Positions 50,083-58,929 of a stretch of DNA of 64,000 bases are shown in pieces. How positions within the stretch are numbered: the first letter of the stretch is position 1; the number at the start of each line of letters is the position of its first letter. Both the position numbers and the translations under genes were made by a program. This DNA comes from Candidatus Latescibacterota bacterium (GTDB taxonomy: Bacteria; Latescibacterota; UBA2968; GCA-2709665), in contig CAXXJS010000036.1 of assembly GCA_963662665.2 (NCBI GenBank), positions 1-64,000 of the forward strand, read 5' to 3'. Below the pieces are notes generated by a model. The model did not search any database, was not told the origin of the DNA, and was given only the letters and a program-made list of their open reading frames with translations.

Positions 50083-51282
50083 TCAGGGTCTGGCGGGTGA
50101 GCCGTCGGGCAGGCGGGTCTGCGTCCAGTCGATAACCTCATTCTGACATGGATATTTCGAAGCGAGTTCCTCGTCGACGTCGATGCCGAGGCCGGGCCGG
50201 TCATTGGGGTACATGTAACCGCCTTTGACTTCAGGCGTGCCCGGAAACATATCGTAGACGAGTTCATCGAACCGGCACCACTCCTGGATTCCGAAGTTGG
50301 GCGCCCAGAGATCCAGGTGCAGGTTGGCGGCGTGGCCGACCGGAGAAACGTCACCCGGTCCGTGCCAGGCCGTGCGAATGCCGTACATGCCGGCGAATGC
50401 CGCCACGTTGCGTGCGGGCGTCAGGCCGCCCATCTGGCTGATGTGCATTCGGACAAAGTCAATCAACCGGTTCTGGATGAGCGGCGTCCACTCTCGCGGG
50501 TGGTTGAAGAGTTCCCCCATGGCGATCGGCGTGGCGCATTGCCGCCGGATGTTGCTGAACCATTCCAGGTCTTCAGGCGCCAGCGGGTCCTCCAGGAAAA
50601 ACAGCTTGAAGGGCTCCGCGTCTTTCGCGAACTGAACCGCGTCTATGGGTACGAGGCGTTCGTGAACGTCGTGGAGGAGTTCGACGTGCGGGGCCGTGTT
50701 TGCGCGGACATGCCCGATCATGTCGAGTACCCCTCGCGCGTATTCCCGCGGGTCGTAGTACGACCCTTCCCGGGCCCCTTCAGGGCCGCGCAGGCGGGAC
50801 GTCCGTCCTCCGTACCCGCCCATCTGCACGCGGATGTGCTGATAGCCCTCTTCATGGAATTTCAGGACGTTGTGCAGGACCTCGTTCTTCTCCCGTCCGT
50901 CTGCGTGTGCGTAACAGGCCGCGGCTTCCCGGCATTTGCCGCCGAGGAGCTGGTACACGGGCATCCCCGCGCGCTTGCCCTTGATATCCCACAGCGCGAT
51001 ATCAACGCCGGAAATTGCGTTGTTGAGTACGGGGCCGTTGCGCCAGTAACCGTTGACCATGGACGTCTGCCAGATGTCTTCGATGCGGTCAACGTCCCGT
51101 CCGATGAGAAAGGGTTTCAGGTGTTTTTCGAGAGCGGAATGGACGGCGTGGAATCGCTGGGTGAACGTGGCGCATCCGAGACCGTAGAGGCCGGGCTGGG
51201 ACGTGACGATTTTGACCACGATGAGGCGGGATCCCGCGGGCTGGGTGAGGATGGTGCTGACGTCGCGTATGGTGACGGACAA
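50083..51282 (-). CDS. enolase-superfamily sugar-acid dehydratase (RspA/ManD-like)
   Basis: YWRNGPV, LLHDVHER, FLEDP, MGE, AWHGP.D. TTG start after AGGAG. Confidence 0.9.
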   Translation of the reverse strand: MSVTIRDVSTILTQPAGSRLIVVKIVTSQPGLYGLGCATFTQRFHAVHSALEKHLKPFLIGRDVDRIEDIWQTSMVNGYWRNGPVLNNAISGVDIALWDIKGKRAGMPVYQLLGGKCREAAACYAHADGREKNEVLHNVLKFHEEGYQHIRVQMGGYGGRTSRLRGPEGAREGSYYDPREYARGVLDMIGHVRANTAPHVELLHDVHERLVPIDAVQFAKDAEPFKLFFLEDPLAPEDLEWFSNIRRQCATPIAMGELFNHPREWTPLIQNRLIDFVRMHISQMGGLTPARNVAAFAGMYGIRTAWHGPGDVSPVGHAANLHLDLWAPNFGIQEWCRFDELVYDMFPGTPEVKGGYMYPNDRPGLGIDVDEELASKYPCQNEVIDWTQTRLPDGSPARP

Positions 51283-51445
51283 GAATCGACTCCTGGCGAT
51301 TGGAGATGGATATAGACGTTAACCCGGTCCCCGGGTTTCTTTAATAAGGTCTGTGCGGTGAAATGTCCAAGGTAATTTTACAGGGGTTGCCGGGTGACGG
51401 GGCCTCACTCATGCCCCGCATCGGCGTGCCGAACTGACGGGAGCG

Positions 51446-52750
51446 CTACAGCCGTCCTTCTTTCTGAAGAATGTCTCCCGCGATCGCGTAGGTTGCGCCG
51501 TGCATGCCGATGACGACGAGACCCAGACCCTCGGCCAGGTATCCGCCGGGGTACATGCCTGGCACCTCGGCGGATTCATAATTATGCGGATGGGTGGGCA
51601 ACTGGTGGACCTGGAAGCGGTAATTGTCGTACTTTTCCACCGGGCGAAGGGGTGAAAACCCATCGAACAGGGAGTAATCCGCGATGCCGCCGATTTCGAG
51701 GAGGGCGTGGTCGACTTCCAGCGTTTCCCGCTCGCCGTTGCGGCAAAGGTTGGCCAGCCCGGCGGAGGCTCCCTGTTCAAAACCCGCGACACGGGTCTCA
51801 TAGCGGGTATGCAGGCGTGGAGACCGGCTTTCCATGATTTCGGCGATCCGCGCGTAGTAGGGGAGGCCCCATCGGCTGTCCGATATGAGGCGCCAATGGC
51901 GATCGAAAGGCTGGCGCATGACGTAGTGGACCTGTCTGCCCGCGTCATGCAGTTCGGTTGCCGCCCAGTCGGCGGATCGGCCTCCGCCCACGACAAGTAT
52001 GCGTTCGCCGGGATAGCTCCCGGGTTGATCGTAGCCTGAAGTCACGAACGGAAGGTGTTCGCCGGGCACGTTGAGTTGTCGCAGAATGCAACGCTGTCCC
52101 ACCGCATAGACCAGGTACTTGCACGTGTAACGGCGGGTGATATCCGTCCCGACAACGCGGGACGTGAGCAGAAAGCCGGCGTCGTGGGGCAGGATGCGGG
52201 TCACTTCTTCGTGTGTGCGTATGCGGTCGACGACTTCGAAGCGGCGCGGCACGGCGTGGTAGTAGTCAATCAGGTGTCTTTTGGCGACCAGGGCATTGAC
52301 GTCAAGATCGATTCGTTGTTCGCGGCAATGCCGGTCGAGCGGATGAAAGGCGAATTCCATCCATTGCCCCGGTGACAGCGTAAGCATGTTTTCCGGAACA
52401 CTGTTCCACACGCCGCCAACCTCTTCCCGGGTGATCAGCAATACGTCGACGGGTTGGCGTCTGCGGAATTCCAGCGCGATTTCACCCTCACCTCGGAACT
52501 TCTGCCCCGGATGGTGCAGAATGCGAAACAGGTCCACCGGACGGATGCCGGCGTTCGTTACGGCTCTGAAGTCGAGGCCCAGCAGCGTGCCGTTTTTGCT
52601 GCGAAGGTAGCGGTCGACCTGCTCGTATCGACTTCTGAAAAGGTCGCCGCCGCGATAATACGGGTGCCACCCGCCGAGGACGACGGCAAGTGGAAGACCC
52701 GCCGGGCCGCCACCCACGATGATAACGGTATGGTGTTCGGGAGTGACCAT
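51446..52750 (-). CDS. FAD/NAD(P)-dependent oxidoreductase, OSGIN-like
   Basis: GGGPAG..L...LGGWHPYY, GGVW....MLTLSPGQWME, second Rossmann VGGGRSADWA. Confidence 0.75.
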   Translation of the reverse strand: MVTPEHHTVIIVGGGPAGLPLAVVLGGWHPYYRGGDLFRSRYEQVDRYLRSKNGTLLGLDFRAVTNAGIRPVDLFRILHHPGQKFRGEGEIALEFRRRQPVDVLLITREEVGGVWNSVPENMLTLSPGQWMEFAFHPLDRHCREQRIDLDVNALVAKRHLIDYYHAVPRRFEVVDRIRTHEEVTRILPHDAGFLLTSRVVGTDITRRYTCKYLVYAVGQRCILRQLNVPGEHLPFVTSGYDQPGSYPGERILVVGGGRSADWAATELHDAGRQVHYVMRQPFDRHWRLISDSRWGLPYYARIAEIMESRSPRLHTRYETRVAGFEQGASAGLANLCRNGERETLEVDHALLEIGGIADYSLFDGFSPLRPVEKYDNYRFQVHQLPTHPHNYESAEVPGMYPGGYLAEGLGLVVIGMHGATYAIAGDILQKEGRL

Positions 52751-52908
52751 GGGATTTGGGTACTGACGGTCGGATGGGCCGTTACCGCGAAACGTCGGTT
52801 CCCGATCGTACGTGTGGGGCCGTCGGACCGTACCTGTAGCGCAAAGCGACACCGGAACGGGACGGACCGGCGCGCGGGCGGTCCGGCCGGGAACGAGCGG
52901 TGTAGACC

Positions 52909-52937
52909 TTGACTTCAGCCATTGAAAACCGTATGAT
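52909..52937 (+). promoter_or_regulatory. sigma-70 promoter of the aminotransferase operon
   Basis: TTGACT-17 bp-TATGAT. Confidence 0.7.
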
Positions 52938-52960
52938 GTTGCTCTTGAAGGAGCGGCTAC

Positions 52961-52989
52961 AAAGTAGATCCCAGACCCTCTGGAGTCAA
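52961..52989 (-). promoter_or_regulatory. sigma-70 promoter toward the OSGIN-like gene
   Basis: Minus strand TTGACT-17 bp-TACTTT. Confidence 0.5.
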
Positions 52990-53022
52990 GGCGAATAACG
53001 TGGTTTTGAACGGGAGAATTCG

Positions 53023-54390
53023 ATGGAGGACAAACATCAAGTGGATGCTGGTGAGATTCGGGCGCAGGACCGCGCGCACGTGTGGCATCCGATGTTACAG
53101 CACCGGTCGTTGGAGCACCGAGATCTGATGGTGATCCACAAGGCAAAGGGAACAACGGTCGTGGACGCGGAGGGCCGGGAGTTCCTGGATGCTTACGCGG
53201 GGCTGTGGAACGTCAACGTCGGATACGGCCGCCGGGAGATCGCGGAAGCCGTGTACGAACAGATGCTGCAGCTTTCGTACTATCCCCATCTGCACGTAAA
53301 TCTTCCCGCCGCGAAGCTCGCATCCAGGCTGGCTGATCTTCTGCCCGGGGATCTGAACCATCTCTTTTTTTCGAACAGCGGATCGGAAGCGAACGAGACC
53401 GCGCTGAAGATTGCCAGGCAGTATGGCCGGCAGAAATACCCGGGCGAGAACCGGTTCAAGGTGATTGCGAGATACCAGGGGTATCACGGGTTCACATTTG
53501 GCGCCATGTCCGCGACGGGACAGGTTGCCAGGCGGGCCGGGTTCGAACCCCTGATGCCGGGCTTCATTCATGTGAATCCGCCGTGGTCCTTTCGCTTTGG
53601 GTCGAAACTGACCTATCCCGACGGCGGCGTGGCGTGTGCGAACGAGGTCGAAGAGGTTATAGTACGGGAGGACCCGACAACGGTTGCGGCGGTCATCGCC
53701 GAGCCGATCATCGGTGGCGGCGGCGTGATCATCCCGCCGGACGGGTACCTGCCGCGCCTTCGCGAAATCTGTGACCAATACGGCGTGCTGCTGATCCTCG
53801 ACGAAGTGATAACGGGCTTCGGCCGGACAGGCAAGCTGTTTGCCGCCGAGCACTGGGGTGTGGTCCCGGACATGATGACCATGGCGAAGGGCGTGTCCAG
53901 CGGTTATCTGCCTCTCGGTGCGTGTGCGGTGACGCCTGAGGTGTTTGAAACCTTCAAGGGGGAACCCGGTGAGTACCGTGAATTCTCCTCGGTGGCCACC
54001 TATGGCGGGCATCCGGTCTGCTGTACGGCGGCCCTGGCGAATCTGGACATTCTGACGGGCGAACGACTCTGGGAGAATTCTGCGGAAGTTGGCGCATACC
54101 TTCTGGATGCATTGGAACAACTGGATTCTCCGTTTATCGGCGAAGTGCGGGGCAAGGGCCTGATGATCGCCGTCGAACTTGCGGCTCAGAACGGCGATAT
54201 GCTGGACTCGTCCCGGGTCGCGGCGGTACAGGCCGGCATCGTTGATCAGGGCGTAATCGTGGGACGCATGAGCCACGTGATGCACGGCCCCGAGAGTATT
54301 TTCTTCCTGGCGCCGCCCTTGATATTGACACGAGAGGAAGCGGACCGGATTGTATCGGCGTTCGAAATGGGTCTGAAGCGGATCTCCTGA
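53023..54390 (+). CDS. class III PLP aminotransferase
   Basis: SGSEANE, YHG, LILDEVITGFGRTG, MAKG, TYGGHP. Confidence 0.93.
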   Translation: MEDKHQVDAGEIRAQDRAHVWHPMLQHRSLEHRDLMVIHKAKGTTVVDAEGREFLDAYAGLWNVNVGYGRREIAEAVYEQMLQLSYYPHLHVNLPAAKLASRLADLLPGDLNHLFFSNSGSEANETALKIARQYGRQKYPGENRFKVIARYQGYHGFTFGAMSATGQVARRAGFEPLMPGFIHVNPPWSFRFGSKLTYPDGGVACANEVEEVIVREDPTTVAAVIAEPIIGGGGVIIPPDGYLPRLREICDQYGVLLILDEVITGFGRTGKLFAAEHWGVVPDMMTMAKGVSSGYLPLGACAVTPEVFETFKGEPGEYREFSSVATYGGHPVCCTAALANLDILTGERLWENSAEVGAYLLDALEQLDSPFIGEVRGKGLMIAVELAAQNGDMLDSSRVAAVQAGIVDQGVIVGRMSHVMHGPESIFFLAPPLILTREEADRIVSAFEMGLKRIS

Positions 54391-54401
54391 CAGAGGACGT
54401 T

Positions 54402-55793
54402 GTGGCGGACGATTACAGAACATTCGAATCATCGGGCGGGGGGACAACGGCGCGTATCGATGCGCTGTTGGAACTCACAACCGAACTCCTCGCGCTTGAC
54501 GACCGGAAAGCCCTTGCCCGCGTATTGAACGCGCAGCGTGCGGCTGACGTGGCAGACCTCATCCGCAGGCTGGACGACGGTACGCGGGAAATCGTGTTCG
54601 GTCTGCTTCAGGACGGCCTGGGGGTTGAGGTGTTGGCCGAATCGGACGTCTTCACCGCCCGCGCCATCGCCGAAGACCTGAAACCGGAGACCCTGTCCGG
54701 GCTGGTTGAGGAGATGGCGCCTGATGACGCGGCCGACGTGCTGTCCGATCTGGAGGAGGAGGACGCGGGAGAGGTCCTGGGTTTGATGGCGTCGGAGGAG
54801 GCTCGGGAAGTTCAGGCTTTGATGGCCCACGACGAGGACTCGGGGGGCGGCTTGATGACGCCACGGCTGGTCCTTGCTGACGTCTCGTCCACGGCCCTCG
54901 AAGTGATCGAAACGTTGCGGCGGGAAGCGGCGTCGGCGGAGATCCTGAATTTGTACGTGGTGAATGCCGAAGGAAAGTTGCAGGGCGTTGTGCCGCTGCA
55001 TCTGCTGGTCACCGCGCCGCCCGCCGTCGCGATGGGCCGGTTGATGGATACGGACGTGATCAGCGTGACGCCTGAGACCGACCAGGAGGACATTGCTCGG
55101 CTCTTTACGAGGTACGATCTCGTGGCCATGCCCGTTGTGGACCGCGGCGGGCGCGTCATCGGTCAGATTACCGTCGACGACGTGATGGATGTGATCATTG
55201 AGGAAGCGACAGAAGACATCTACAAGATGGCGGGCACCAGCGACGTCGAAATCGAGCGGCCTTCGGTGGTGCGTGTGGCGCTCATCCGACTGCCATGGCT
55301 CCTGATGTGCCTGCTGGGGAGTTTCCTGGCCGGGCTGGTCATTCACCGGTTTGAAGTGACGCTCGAACGGGCCATTACCCTGGCGTCGTTCATTCCGGTG
55401 ATCATGGCAACCGGAGGAAACAGCGGTCTGCAGGCTTCAACGGTGACCGTCAGGAGCCTGGTAACGGGCCGCCTTTCTCCGGGTCTCATGTTCAAAATGG
55501 TCTTCCGGGAGGTCGGCGCGGGCGCGTTGATCGGGCTGGCGTGCGGGCTGGCCGCGAGTGCGGTCGCCTGGCTATGGTTCGGGCAGGCGCTTGTCGGGAT
55601 CTGCGTTGGCGCGGCGATGTTTCTGGTCATCGGATTCTCCGTCTTACTCGGTGTGATTACACCCATTGTCTTCGATCGAATCGGGATCGACCCGGCCGTC
55701 GCTTCAGGTCCGGTTATCACGACGACAAACGACGTAGCCGGCATCCTGATCTACCTGGGGTTGGCGACGCTGCTCCTGCAGACACTTTTGTAG
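54402..55793 (+). CDS. mgtE: magnesium transporter
   Basis: N-domain, CBS pair, RLPWL, GGNSG.Q, DPAVASGP.ITT..D. Confidence 0.95.
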   Translation: MADDYRTFESSGGGTTARIDALLELTTELLALDDRKALARVLNAQRAADVADLIRRLDDGTREIVFGLLQDGLGVEVLAESDVFTARAIAEDLKPETLSGLVEEMAPDDAADVLSDLEEEDAGEVLGLMASEEAREVQALMAHDEDSGGGLMTPRLVLADVSSTALEVIETLRREAASAEILNLYVVNAEGKLQGVVPLHLLVTAPPAVAMGRLMDTDVISVTPETDQEDIARLFTRYDLVAMPVVDRGGRVIGQITVDDVMDVIIEEATEDIYKMAGTSDVEIERPSVVRVALIRLPWLLMCLLGSFLAGLVIHRFEVTLERAITLASFIPVIMATGGNSGLQASTVTVRSLVTGRLSPGLMFKMVFREVGAGALIGLACGLAASAVAWLWFGQALVGICVGAAMFLVIGFSVLLGVITPIVFDRIGIDPAVASGPVITTTNDVAGILIYLGLATLLLQTLL

Positions 55794-55800
55794 ACCGCAT

Positions 55801-57363
55801 ATGCAGGCCTGTTTTCGACATTATGCCGCTCTCCGGAAGGAGATGGACGCCTGGTTGGCGCAGAGCAGGCGCATGGATCCGCCGGGCAGACACGGCGGCG
55901 GCGAGGACGAAGCCAACTACGCCCTGGCCTGGTTCCCGCACTTTCTTGCAACGGGCGATCCGGCGGTTGTGGAGCATTTCGAGTATCTCCGGGATCAGCT
56001 TGCGGGTTGGGTCCGGCGCGAATGTCTGCACGGCTACGAGCCGGAGGCGGAGGCGCATCATGGCACCGAGCCGTTCCTGCTCTTTCTCCCGCGCTATCTG
56101 GGTGTGTTTCCGGAGGACCGGGTCGGTGCGAGACTGCTTGCGGATGCGGCCGAACACATCGGGAACTGGGAAAAGGGGATTCCGGCGTGGTTCGACTGGG
56201 ACCGGAACCGGTTCTTCGGATACCACATCGGTACACGGACCGTGGGGCGGGATCCGGAGCACGCGGTGGAACTGGCGGAGCACTTCCGGTTCATTCACAT
56301 TGCCCTGGCGGCGTACCGCGTGCTGAAACAGGATCGGTACCTGGACTGGGCGTTGCGTTACGGAAGGCGCCGCGCGGAGATGATCGTGGCCGCGCCTGAC
56401 GGGGAATTACCCGTGATGTGGGGGCCGGACGGACGGCCTCTGAGCGAATGCGAGTATACGGAATCGCAGCGTCGGATGAGCGCCGCAAGCCACCATCTGC
56501 CGGACGATCCGGCAAGGGGCGTGGAGGTGCTGCTTGCCTCAGGTGCCGTCCACGCGCTGGGCGATCTGTTTCGGCTGTCCGGCGAGACGGTATTTCGCGA
56601 CGCGGGATTTCGGATTGTCGAGCCTCTCGTCGGCATGCTTCACGACCCCTATTGCGATCCCGGCGCCGCTGCCGTCTCCTTCTACCGTTGCGCCTTTGGC
56701 GACGATACCCTGGATGGCCGGATCCGGGAAATGGTCCGGCGGCTTCCAGACGTGGAACCCGGCGAACTCGTGCTTATTGTGCCCGAGGTTCCACGGATGT
56801 CCTTTCCCGGCGTGGGGAAGCGGGCGGATATGCTGCACTGGGGTGTGCAGACAAAAGGCGTGGACCACATCGCGCCGACGCGGGAGCCGTGTACGGCTAC
56901 GTTGACGCTTGCCTACCAGATGACCGGCGACGTGTCGTTTGCATCGCGTGCACTGAAGCAGGCGGCGCGGAAGCTGAAAGTGGCGAGGCGTGTATTGAGG
57001 GGTGGAAGGGAGCACGCGGACATGGGCGGGGCGGTTTGCTCCGTGGCGGCGGGCCACGGTCGAAACTGGGGTTCGGGAGCCGTGACCGGATGCTACGGAC
57101 CCTTGCTGCTCGGCGCCCGGGAGCAACTTGGCGCGATGGCCCCCGCGGTGGAAGTCCGCAGGTCTGGAGACGAGTACGGTCTGCCCGAACGGGTAGTTTC
57201 GCTGGTCGTCCCGCCCGGTCCGTCCACTGGAAACGTGCGGATCTACAACGGTGGCGACTCGGAGGAGACCGTCTCGTGGCGGCGGCCGGGAGCGGCGTGG
57301 CAGGAGGTTTCCCTCCCGCCGGGAGTCGAAACCAGGGCGGTACTGGAGGAGGATGTGCGATGA
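55801..57363 (+). CDS. hypothetical protein (probable alpha/alpha barrel)
   Basis: 520-aa ORF in operon context with HGGGEDE and AHHGTE motifs. No family recognised. Confidence 0.6.
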   Translation: MQACFRHYAALRKEMDAWLAQSRRMDPPGRHGGGEDEANYALAWFPHFLATGDPAVVEHFEYLRDQLAGWVRRECLHGYEPEAEAHHGTEPFLLFLPRYLGVFPEDRVGARLLADAAEHIGNWEKGIPAWFDWDRNRFFGYHIGTRTVGRDPEHAVELAEHFRFIHIALAAYRVLKQDRYLDWALRYGRRRAEMIVAAPDGELPVMWGPDGRPLSECEYTESQRRMSAASHHLPDDPARGVEVLLASGAVHALGDLFRLSGETVFRDAGFRIVEPLVGMLHDPYCDPGAAAVSFYRCAFGDDTLDGRIREMVRRLPDVEPGELVLIVPEVPRMSFPGVGKRADMLHWGVQTKGVDHIAPTREPCTATLTLAYQMTGDVSFASRALKQAARKLKVARRVLRGGREHADMGGAVCSVAAGHGRNWGSGAVTGCYGPLLLGAREQLGAMAPAVEVRRSGDEYGLPERVVSLVVPPGPSTGNVRIYNGGDSEETVSWRRPGAAWQEVSLPPGVETRAVLEEDVR

Positions 57364-58340
57364 AATACCGAAAGCTGGGACAGACCGGGCTGGCGGTCTC
57401 GGAAATCGGCCTCGGCGCGTTTCCGATTTCCGGGATGCAGAGACAGGCGGACGGTACGCGGTTCGGATGGACCGGAACCGGGGATTCCGAGTCAATTGCG
57501 CTGATTCATCGCTGCGAGGAACTCGGGATCAATCTGATCGATTCCGCTGAAAGCTATGGCGACGGGCACAGCGAGGTTCTCACGGGCAAAGCGCTGCGAG
57601 GACGGAGAGACAGATGGATTGTGGCCACGAAGGTCCAGCCGAACGCGGGTATCGACTCTGAATCACGGGACGTGTCCGCGGTTCGGCGTCGAATTACAGA
57701 GGCGTGTGAGCTCAGCCTCAAACGGTTGGCGATGGACCACATAGATGTCTACCAGTTGCACGCCGTGCCTTACGAGTGGGCGATGCCAGCGGTAATGGAC
57801 ACGCTGGCGAAGCTCAGACAGGCCGGCAAGGTGCGGTGGTACGGGATTTCGACCAATGACAGGCAAGCCGTGGAGAAGCTCCGTACGTTCGGATCTGTCC
57901 ATATGCTGCAGGTGGGCTATAATCTGCTCGAACGCACCGCGGATGGGTTTCTGCACTGGGCCAAGGCCGAGAATATCGGTACGTTGATTCGCGTGCCGCT
58001 GGCAAAGGGTCAGCTGACGGGCAAGTATTTCGGAGCGGAAGCACGGACGATTCCGGAAAACGACGTGCGGTACGAACGGTTCAACAAACCCGAGACGGTC
58101 GATGGGCTGAAGCGTCTGCCGCAGTTGTTGTTCCTGCAGAACCGGACGCGAACCATGGCGCAGGCGGCGCTGCGTTTCGTGCTGGACCATCCCGGTGTGT
58201 CCTGCGTGATTGCCGGCGCCAAAAACCGACGGCAGGTGGAACAGAACGCCCGGACCGTAGAAATGCCGCCGCTGACCGAGGTTGAGCTCGAACGCGCCAT
58301 CCCGATCGCGGATACCATCGGTACGCCGGGCTGGATCTAA
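57360..58340 (+). CDS. aldo/keto reductase
   Basis: MKYRKLGQTG, DSAESYG, IVATK, YQLH, YNLL, PLAKG.LTGK. The start overlaps the upstream stop (ATGA). Confidence 0.92.
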   Translation: MKYRKLGQTGLAVSEIGLGAFPISGMQRQADGTRFGWTGTGDSESIALIHRCEELGINLIDSAESYGDGHSEVLTGKALRGRRDRWIVATKVQPNAGIDSESRDVSAVRRRITEACELSLKRLAMDHIDVYQLHAVPYEWAMPAVMDTLAKLRQAGKVRWYGISTNDRQAVEKLRTFGSVHMLQVGYNLLERTADGFLHWAKAENIGTLIRVPLAKGQLTGKYFGAEARTIPENDVRYERFNKPETVDGLKRLPQLLFLQNRTRTMAQAALRFVLDHPGVSCVIAGAKNRRQVEQNARTVEMPPLTEVELERAIPIADTIGTPGWI

Positions 58341-58476
58341 CCTTGATTCTTAACTCTTCGGGGAAGTTAAACCGAATATATGCAAGTGGATAAAGGCGTC
58401 TTAACGGCTGATTACCAGGATACACCAGGTCACTGGACGTGAACTGAAAAAACGTCCCTTTGAACGACCTTAGTAC

Positions 58477-58524
58477 CGCGTTACTGAAGTTTTCGTCGTG
58501 GTGTCGCCTTGCAGTTTTTTTCGA
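58477..58524. repeat. 48-bp direct repeat, left copy
   Basis: 42/48 identical to 61742-61789 by manual alignment. Confidence 0.85.
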
Positions 58525-58929
58525 CCTCCACCATTCTCTACTAACTCCCCACCGCCCGTGGGCTCCCCAACCTGTCCCGCTACGCTCGCAGTTCGTATCA
58601 ACGATAAAACTCCTCGGCGGCCTCCGCCACTGACTTTAGTTCAGCAAGGGCTTGGAATGCTTCTCGAGGAAATGCCGTGCCCCGGGGATGGCGGAAAACC
58701 CCTGAGGGTGTTTTTCCAAGTGGGCCAGCTAAATCTATGTTGTGGATCTCCGCGATTATAAGACTGATCTACCGTTGAGCCCTGAAGCAGAAGGAACGTC
58801 GTTGTTCTATAGATATAGTAAACCAGAACGAATGGCTTCACGTCAAGCGCGATGAGTTTTGTTTTGCTTAACGGGACGGTAGATTACTGCCGTCTCCTGA
58901 TTTATATAAGCGAATCACGAGGGAATGAA

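Noticed and set aside
56418-57359. N-terminal extension making a 640-aa aldo/keto reductase
   Set aside because: It overlaps the 520-aa ORF in another frame. The true start is ATG 57360 with a GGAGG RBS.
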